Of a DNA stretch of 64,000 nt, positions 58,044 to 64,000 are shown in pieces (the first letter of the stretch is position 1; each line of letters starts with the position of its first letter). Under the pieces are notes generated by a model. It worked only from the letters and a program-made list of their open reading frames with translations. It made no database searches and was not told the DNA's origin. The stretch is taken from the NCBI GenBank assembly GCA_964448595.1, contig CAYUWL010000001.1:23222-87221 (forward strand). The letters run 5' to 3'. The position numbers and the translations under genes were made by a program. The DNA comes from an uncultured Thermotogaceae bacterium (GTDB lineage: Bacteria > Bipolaricaulota > Bipolaricaulia > Bipolaricaulales > Bipolaricaulaceae).

Positions 58044-59423
58044 ATGTCGCGTATTGGCATTTGTCATTTTCGGGTTGGGGAAACGGACGGGGTCTCGCTG
58101 GAGATCGACAAGTGGCGGGCGGCCCTGGAGGCCTTAGGCCATAGCGTCTTCTTATGTGCGGGGCGCTCTGGTGGGGAGGAGGCGTTCCTCATCCCAGAGC
58201 TCTCCCTGGATCATCCAGAAGTGGAAAAGATCAGGCGGAACGCCTTTCAATCCTTTTCCGACTATCCGTCAGAGCGTGAGCTGCACGACCACATCGAGGC
58301 CATGGCCTCGCGCATCGAACGGGGGCTTCGGCATTTCATCGAGGTATACGATGTACAACTTCTGATCGTGGAGAACATCTGGTCGCTCTCGCCGAACCTG
58401 CCGGCCACCTTGGCCCTGTGGAGGACGGTACGGTCCCTGCGGCTTCCGGCAATTGCCCATCACCACGATTTCTATTGGGAAAAGGACGACTACCAGGGCC
58501 CCACCTGCGGGCTTGTTAGGCGACTCCTTTCCGAGTACTTCCCGCCACGTGACCCGCAGCTTGTGCACGTGGTGATCAATCGCCTGGCCCAGGAGAAGCT
58601 CCGCCGGCGGGGGATCGAGTCCATCGTGATTCCCAACGTCCTGGACTTCGGGCAGAGGCCAAAGCTTGACGAGTTCAATCAGGATTTCCGAGAGCGATGC
58701 GGACTTGCCCCAGGGGATGTGGTCTTGCTTCAGTCGACCAGGATCGTGCGGAGGAAGGGGATTGAGCTAGCGGTGGACTTGGCTTGCATCCTTTCACAGC
58801 CGCAATTCAAGCAAGCCCTGCGCCGCCGCGTGCAGGCACGCGGAGGACACGGGGAGGCACATCCCGTGCTTCTCTTTCCCAACCTCGTTGAGGACAGGTC
58901 TTATTTTGAGCAGCTCCAGGATAGGATCTCCCGCCGTGGAGTGGATGCACGGTTTATCTTCGACCGAGTGGCCTTTCAGCGGGCGCGACGGGATGGCGAG
59001 AAGATCTACTCGCTGTGGGATACCTACCTATTCGCCGACGTTATGACTTATCCCTCCTTACAGGAAGGGTGGGGCAACCAGTTTCTGGAAGGGGTTTGGG
59101 CGAAGCTGCCAGTGGTCCTCTTTGAGTACCCGGTTTTCAAGACCGACATCGCACCCCTGGGGTTCCGATGTGTGTCCCTGGGCCAAACCCTGGAGAGGGA
59201 CTCGGATGGACTGTGGCGGGTTCCCGAGCCGACCCTCCGGCGGGCGGCCAAGGAAGCGGCCGAGCTCCTCTCGTCGCCTGAGCAGTACAAGCGGTGCGTG
59301 GAGCATAACTTCGAGCTCGCCCGGGAGTACCTTTCCACCGTGCGGCTCCGGGAGCTGCTGGGCGATATGGTGACGAGGAGCCTAAAGAGCCCTCAAGGAG
59401 CTTCGGTTGTCAGGCCGTGCTGA
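58044..59423 (+). CDS. GT-B fold (GT4-like) glycosyltransferase
   Basis: MSRIGICHFRVGETDGVSLEIDKW... N-domain; LLQSTRIVRRKGIELAV and YPSLQEGWGNQFLEGVWAKLPVV (E-x7-E-like) C-domain; start trimmed from ORF 57993. Confidence 0.65.
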   Translation: MSRIGICHFRVGETDGVSLEIDKWRAALEALGHSVFLCAGRSGGEEAFLIPELSLDHPEVEKIRRNAFQSFSDYPSERELHDHIEAMASRIERGLRHFIEVYDVQLLIVENIWSLSPNLPATLALWRTVRSLRLPAIAHHHDFYWEKDDYQGPTCGLVRRLLSEYFPPRDPQLVHVVINRLAQEKLRRRGIESIVIPNVLDFGQRPKLDEFNQDFRERCGLAPGDVVLLQSTRIVRRKGIELAVDLACILSQPQFKQALRRRVQARGGHGEAHPVLLFPNLVEDRSYFEQLQDRISRRGVDARFIFDRVAFQRARRDGEKIYSLWDTYLFADVMTYPSLQEGWGNQFLEGVWAKLPVVLFEYPVFKTDIAPLGFRCVSLGQTLERDSDGLWRVPEPTLRRAAKEAAELLSSPEQYKRCVEHNFELAREYLSTVRLRELLGDMVTRSLKSPQGASVVRPC

Positions 59424-60567
59424 ACTGGTTGTAGGGGTCTGCACGAAGAACTGCGCGTCCACGATCCAGAGGGTGCTTGCGGCAGTGGACGAAGGGCTCG
59501 CCCGGTTCTTTCCGACGCGGAAGTCCACGATCGTGGTTTCCGACGGGTTCTCCACCGACGGGACTAGGGAGCTGGCGGCTGAAGTCTCCACCCGAGCGGG
59601 GAAACTCGTGCTGACTCAGCGAGGGGGGCCGGGCAAGGGCGTGGGGGTGCGGACCATCCTGCAGGTGGCTGAGGAAAAACAGGCCCGCGCCATCGCCCTG
59701 GTGGATGGGGACCTGTTGAGCCTCAAGCCTGACTGGGTCAGGCTTCTCCTTCAGCCCATTCTGGGAGGAGCCGAGCTTGTGGTCCCACTCTACCTTCGTC
59801 ATCCCCACGATGGGGTGATCACAAACCACGTGGTCTACCCGCTGGTCAATGTCCTGTTCGGCCTTGGGGTGCGGCAGCCCATAGGGGGTGAGTTTGCCCT
59901 TTCCGGAAAGCTTGCAGGACGACTTCTTGAAGACCCTTTATTTCCAGACAAATTTGGGATCGATATTTTCATAACCGTGGTTGGGGCGGTGGAGGGCGGG
60001 AGGGTGGTGGAAGCCGCCCTAGGGGTGAAGGAACACGAGTCCACCAAACAATACGCCGATCCCGAGGCCCTGCTGGTTCCGATGTTTCACCAGGTTGCGG
60101 GGACCTTGTTCCGCTTGGTGCACCACTTCCGGGACCATGTGAAGAGAGTGCGGAAGGTGCAGGCCGTGCCGCGGGTGGGGGAGCTTCCCCCCTTTGAGCC
60201 CTCCCCGGTCCCGGTGGATGAGGGGCGCCTTCTCTTGAGATTCCGCTCTCTTGTCGAGGAGCGGATTGCAGGCAAGGACACCTTCCTCGGCCCCTTGGCG
60301 GAGAGGGTGGAGCAGCTTTCCCGCATGCCCCTTTCTTCGCTCGAGTTTCCGGTGAGCCTCTGGGCCGAGGCCTTGTATAGGGCGATCGGTGCCTTCCCCC
60401 GCTCTCCTGAGGACACGCTTTGCGTCCTTGAACCCCTGTGGCAGGGGAGGTATCTTGCGTTTGTGAGAGAGACGAAGGGGCTTACGGTTCCCGAGGCGGA
60501 GTCCCGGATCTGCGGGCAAGTTTCCGAGTTCTGGAAGCTCCGAAGTCTTCTGGAGCAGCTGCTGTGA
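59407..60567 (+). CDS. GT-A fold (GT2-like) glycosyltransferase, possibly a glycosylglycerate-type synthase
   Basis: VVGVCTKNCASTI...IVVSDGFSTDGTRELA, DxD motif LVDGDLL; TTG start overlaps the upstream gene by 17 nt. Confidence 0.6.
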   Translation: MSGRAELVVGVCTKNCASTIQRVLAAVDEGLARFFPTRKSTIVVSDGFSTDGTRELAAEVSTRAGKLVLTQRGGPGKGVGVRTILQVAEEKQARAIALVDGDLLSLKPDWVRLLLQPILGGAELVVPLYLRHPHDGVITNHVVYPLVNVLFGLGVRQPIGGEFALSGKLAGRLLEDPLFPDKFGIDIFITVVGAVEGGRVVEAALGVKEHESTKQYADPEALLVPMFHQVAGTLFRLVHHFRDHVKRVRKVQAVPRVGELPPFEPSPVPVDEGRLLLRFRSLVEERIAGKDTFLGPLAERVEQLSRMPLSSLEFPVSLWAEALYRAIGAFPRSPEDTLCVLEPLWQGRYLAFVRETKGLTVPEAESRICGQVSEFWKLRSLLEQLL

Positions 60568-61466
60568 AGACCGTCATCTTGGCTGGGGGGTACGCGAGGC
60601 GCCTGTGGCCCATCACGCTCGACCGCCCCAAGCCACTCCTTCCGGTGGCCGGAAAACCGATCCTGGATTACACGTTAGAAAAGTATCCGTTTTCGGATCC
60701 CCCCATCCTCTCCGTGAACCGGAGGTTCGAGGGGCACTTCTTGCGGTGGGCCAAAGGGAGACAGTTGCAGGTGGAATTGGTGGTGGAGGACACCCAGGCC
60801 GAGGAGGAGAAGCTCGGCTCGGTGGGGGCGCTCGCCTACGTGGTGGAGCGCCTGGCTTTGGACGATGACCTCCTGGTGATCGGAGGAGACAACCTGTTTC
60901 CCTTCGACCTGAAAGCCTTTGCGGACGCTTTTGCTGGGGATCCTTTGGTGGCCTTATGCGACCTCGGTGACCCTGCCCGGGCACGGCGGAAGTACGGGGT
61001 AGCGGTGGTGGAAGGCGGCCAGGTGGTGGAGTTTCAGGAAAAGCCAGAGGCCCCCAAATCCGCCCTTGCGAGCACCGCCTGCTATCTCTTCCCCCGCCGG
61101 GTTCTTCCCTATTTCAAGGAATTCTTGGCCCAAAGCTCGGCCGGAGGGGATGCCCCAGGGTACTTTCTGTCCTGGCTCCTTGCCCGGGAGAGGATCCAGG
61201 CCTTCGTGTTCAGTGGAGGCTGGTTCGATATCGGCGGGCGGGAGGCCTATATCGCAGCCAACCTCCACTTCGCCGGGGGGGAGAATTGGGTTCATCCTGA
61301 GGCGGAGGTACGGGCCTCTCGGCTCCAGCGCTCGGTGGTGCTTGGCCCTTGCCGGATCGATGGCGCAGCTCTCACTGGCTGTGTGGTGGACGAGGACGCC
61401 GAGCTCATCGGGGTCCGGCTCGAGGACATGCTGATAGGGCGGGGGAGCAGGTTGCGCGGCTCATAG
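60564..61466 (+). CDS. Sugar-1-phosphate nucleotidylyltransferase
   Basis: MKTVILAGGYARRLWPITLDRPKPLLPVAGKPILDY; hexapeptide-like C-terminus; GTGA overlap with the upstream gene; start trimmed from ORF 60438. Confidence 0.85.
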   Translation: MKTVILAGGYARRLWPITLDRPKPLLPVAGKPILDYTLEKYPFSDPPILSVNRRFEGHFLRWAKGRQLQVELVVEDTQAEEEKLGSVGALAYVVERLALDDDLLVIGGDNLFPFDLKAFADAFAGDPLVALCDLGDPARARRKYGVAVVEGGQVVEFQEKPEAPKSALASTACYLFPRRVLPYFKEFLAQSSAGGDAPGYFLSWLLARERIQAFVFSGGWFDIGGREAYIAANLHFAGGENWVHPEAEVRASRLQRSVVLGPCRIDGAALTGCVVDEDAELIGVRLEDMLIGRGSRLRGS

Positions 61467-61471
61467 CCTCA

Positions 61472-61500
61472 TTGACAGGGTGCCCCTTACCCCCGAGAAT
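61472..61500 (+). promoter_or_regulatory. Candidate promoter (TTGACA-17 nt-GAGAAT) upstream of the SurA-like gene
   Basis: Hexamers read directly. Confidence 0.35.
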
Positions 61501-61528
61501 GCTCCAATCCAAATTCGAGGTGAGTTTC

Positions 61529-62242
61529 ATGCGAAAACTTCTGCTGATCGTCCTGTTGGGTTTGGGAGTGGGCCTTGTCGCCCTGGCCCAAGAGCCCGTG
61601 GCCATCGTCAACGGGGAGTCCATCTCCCGCCAGGAGCTGGACCAAGCGACCGGCCTTAGTTCCCTCATCTTCACCATCTATCAGCAATTCCCTCGCTTTG
61701 CGCAGACCCTGCTTACCACGGACGAGGGGGCAGCCCTTATCCGGCGCTACCAGAGTGATGTCCTGGAACAGCTCATCCTGAGGAGACTTCAGGTCCAAGA
61801 GGCCGAGTCCCGGGGCCTTGAGCCGGACGCGGACACCTTGGAGGCTAAGGTGCAAGAGACCATGGATCAGATCCTGGAGCAGAACAACCTCACGGAGGAG
61901 GAGCTCACCGACATCCTCACTCGGCAGGGGCGCACCGTCGAGGGGTTCCGGGCCGATGTCGCCGCCCAGGTCAGGGAGCAACTGATGATCCAAGCTCTCC
62001 AAGATGTGGTGACGGCCGCCGCCTCGGTGAGCGAGGAGGAAATCGAAGGATATTACGAGGACCATCCAGACCGGTTCACGACTGACTCGGGCGAAGTTAA
62101 GCCGCTTGCGGAGGTACATGATGACATTGCGGCGCTCCTGCTTGACCAAAAGCGGAGCGAACTGTGGAACACGTGGCTTGAAGAGGCCCGCGCTCAAGCC
62201 GACGTTGAAATCCTGCTGGGCGAGGAGGAAAGCTCGGGATAG
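61529..62242 (+). CDS. Secreted SurA N-terminal-domain chaperone-like protein (no obvious PPIase domain)
   Basis: Signal peptide MRKLLLIVLLGLGVGLVALA; AIVNGESISRQELDQ is typical of the SurA/PrsA N-domain; start trimmed from ORF 61349. Confidence 0.6.
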   Translation: MRKLLLIVLLGLGVGLVALAQEPVAIVNGESISRQELDQATGLSSLIFTIYQQFPRFAQTLLTTDEGAALIRRYQSDVLEQLILRRLQVQEAESRGLEPDADTLEAKVQETMDQILEQNNLTEEELTDILTRQGRTVEGFRADVAAQVREQLMIQALQDVVTAAASVSEEEIEGYYEDHPDRFTTDSGEVKPLAEVHDDIAALLLDQKRSELWNTWLEEARAQADVEILLGEEESSG

Positions 62243-62258
62243 ATGGGAGGCGGGGAGT

Positions 62259-63278
62259 ATGCCAGAGCTTAGGAGAGGCCCGCTTCCGGGACGCTGGGTG
62301 ATCGTCGCCCCTGAGCGGGGAAGGCGCCCTTTGGATTTCCGGGCCGAAGACGCCCCTGAGATCAAGCGAAGGGGCAAGTGCCCGTTTTGTCCTGGGAACG
62401 AGCACATGACCCCTCCGGAGATCTACAGGGTCCCTGGACCTGAGGGCGACTGGCGGGTCCGGGTGGTGCCAAATAAGTTCCCAGCCCTCTCGGACTACCC
62501 CGCCCTGAACCCCGCTTCGCAGGGGCCCTTCCTCAAGATGAACGGGGTGGGGGCTCACGAGGTGGTCATCGACACACCTGACCATGCCCATGACCTGGAC
62601 GAGCTTCCCCAGGAACAAGTGGAGCTCGTGGTGGAGACCTATGTACACCGCCTCCGCTGCCTGGCCAAGGATGGGCGCTTCCGCTACGTGCAGCTGTTCA
62701 AGAACCACGGTGCCAAGGGAGGGGCGTCCCTTTCGCACCCTCACTCCCAAATCGTGGCCACCCCGATCGTTCCGCCTGAAGTCGAGGCCCGGCTAGGTGC
62801 TGCCCGCGACCATTACGAGCGCAGCGGAACCTGCCTGGTTTGCACGCTCCTTGAGAAAGAGCTTTCCGCTGGAGTACGAGTGGTTGAGGCTTCGGAAAGG
62901 TTCGTCGTCCTTGCCCCTTACGATTCTCGGTTCCCATTTGAACTTCTCATCGTGCCCCGGTTCCATGCCCACGACTTTGTCGCCATGACCCAGGAGGAGA
63001 GGGCGGCGTTTGCCGGTGTGCTGAGGCGGACGTTGGCACGGCTCAGGAACCTCCTGGGCGACGTGCCGTATAACTTCACCCTTCAAACGAGCCCGGTCCC
63101 TGAGCCAGGGAAAGGGTGGGATTGGCCTGAGCTCTCGTTGGGGTACCATTGGCATTTGGAGGTTCTTCCCCGGCTTACCCAACTGGCCGGTTTTGAATGG
63201 GGAACAGGGATGTACATCAACCCCGTGCCGCCGGAGGAGGCAGCCCGGCATCTGCGGGGGGCAGGGCAAACCGGATAA
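62259..63278 (+). CDS. galT: GalT-family (HIT superfamily) hexose-1-phosphate nucleotidyltransferase
   Basis: Zinc knuckle KCPFCPGNEHMTP, active site SLSHPHSQIVA; start trimmed from ORF 62106. Confidence 0.85.
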   Translation: MPELRRGPLPGRWVIVAPERGRRPLDFRAEDAPEIKRRGKCPFCPGNEHMTPPEIYRVPGPEGDWRVRVVPNKFPALSDYPALNPASQGPFLKMNGVGAHEVVIDTPDHAHDLDELPQEQVELVVETYVHRLRCLAKDGRFRYVQLFKNHGAKGGASLSHPHSQIVATPIVPPEVEARLGAARDHYERSGTCLVCTLLEKELSAGVRVVEASERFVVLAPYDSRFPFELLIVPRFHAHDFVAMTQEERAAFAGVLRRTLARLRNLLGDVPYNFTLQTSPVPEPGKGWDWPELSLGYHWHLEVLPRLTQLAGFEWGTGMYINPVPPEEAARHLRGAGQTG

Positions 63279-63287
63279 GGAGGTGCC

Positions 63288-64000
63288 ATGCCATTCTTTG
63301 GTGGGGAGGAATTGCGGCGGGTTTACCTAAGGGCACAAAAGGAGCGGTTCGCTCTGGTGGCCAACAACTTCGCCGAGCCCAACGTGCTTTTGGGACTCCT
63401 TTCGGCCTATGAAGAAGCAAGGAGCGATCTTCTCCTTCAGATCTCTTTGGGAGCGGCGAAGTTCGCGGGTGGCGGAAGACCCCTCCCTGGTCTGAGGGCT
63501 CTTGTGGGATACGTGCGGGCCCTGGCCGCCGAGGCCAAGATCGGTGTGTTTGTCAATCTAGACCACATCACCCCTGATCACATCGATGATTTCCTTGGGC
63601 CGGCCATCGAGGAGGGGCTTTGTTCCTCGGCGATGATCGATGCCTCCGCTTTGCCTTTCGAGGACAACGTGGCCGCCACAAAGCAGGTGGTAGAGCTCGC
63701 TCGCCCGCATGGCGTATTGGTGGAGGGTGAGCTCGGAAAGATCAAAGGGGTAGAGGACGAGGTCGCCTCCGACGAGGCCTTTTATACCGATCCCGATGAG
63801 GCCCTGGAGTTCGTGGAGAGGACCGGGGTGGATCTTTTGGCCGTCTCCGTGGGGACGCAACATGGGGTGTCAAAGGGGCGGGATCTCGTGTTGCGGGTGG
63901 ATTTGGCTCAGAAGATAGACGAACGGCTTCGGGGTGCAGGCTTTCAGGTTCCCCTGGTTCTGCACGGGGCGTCGGGCCTCTCAGGGGAGCAAGTCAAGGC
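63288..64000 (+). CDS. fba: Class II fructose/tagatose-bisphosphate aldolase (3' end outside window)
   Basis: Hand translation MPFFGGEELRRVYLRAQKERFALVANNF...NLDH...EGELGKIKG...VSVGTQHG...LVLHGASG; not in the ORF track because it is open-ended. Confidence 0.85.
   Translation, partial: MPFFGGEELRRVYLRAQKERFALVANNFAEPNVLLGLLSAYEEARSDLLLQISLGAAKFAGGGRPLPGLRALVGYVRALAAEAKIGVFVNLDHITPDHIDDFLGPAIEEGLCSSAMIDASALPFEDNVAATKQVVELARPHGVLVEGELGKIKGVEDEVASDEAFYTDPDEALEFVERTGVDLLAVSVGTQHGVSKGRDLVLRVDLAQKIDERLRGAGFQVPLVLHGASGLSGEQVK

Overview
High-G+C bacterial chromosome segment, mostly core genes packed tightly, often with 1-4 nt start/stop overlaps. Left to right: hflX (partial), an MscS channel, ricT-holB, an orphan RHH gene, and a minus-strand frr-atpI-atpBEFHAGD F-type ATPase operon that lacks atpC. 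Next come an EamA transporter, the CCA enzyme, a HerA-like ATPase, hpf, a ThiI-like protein and an FmdB zinc ribbon. rpoC (no rpoB upstream) leads into the full str/S10/spc/alpha ribosomal cluster (rpsL to rplQ, with secY, adk, map, infA, rpmJ, rpoA; no tuf, no rpmD). After that: ridA, tdh/kbl, a coiled-coil-rqcH-M50 protease operon, and an eight-gene PerR-headed oxidative-stress operon typical of anaerobes (rubrerythrin, peroxiredoxin, ferritin, flavin reductase, rubredoxin, Hcp, SOR). The right end is a glycoside/compatible-solute locus: a low-G+C glycosyltransferase, a GntR-SBP fusion regulator, a sugar ABC operon ending in a mannosylglycerate-synthase-like gene, and a GT-B/GT-A/NTP-transferase operon. 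It closes with a SurA-like protein, galT and a partial class II aldolase. No rRNA, tRNA or CRISPR was seen. Most unusual items: (1) two inverted arrays of six CCGTGAT-type heptads between atpA and atpG, looking like a MITE-like insertion; (2) the GntR wHTH fused to a MalE-like solute-binding domain, plus a perfect TGGTCTAGACCA operator in the nearby divergent promoter; (3) the GT78-like synthase co-operonic with an importer; (4) a Na+-type two-carboxylate c-subunit motif; (5) a HerA-like ATPase-coiled-coil-wHTH fusion; (6) large SBHM-type expansions in rpoC. All calls come from reading the translations and sequence by eye; no database search was run.
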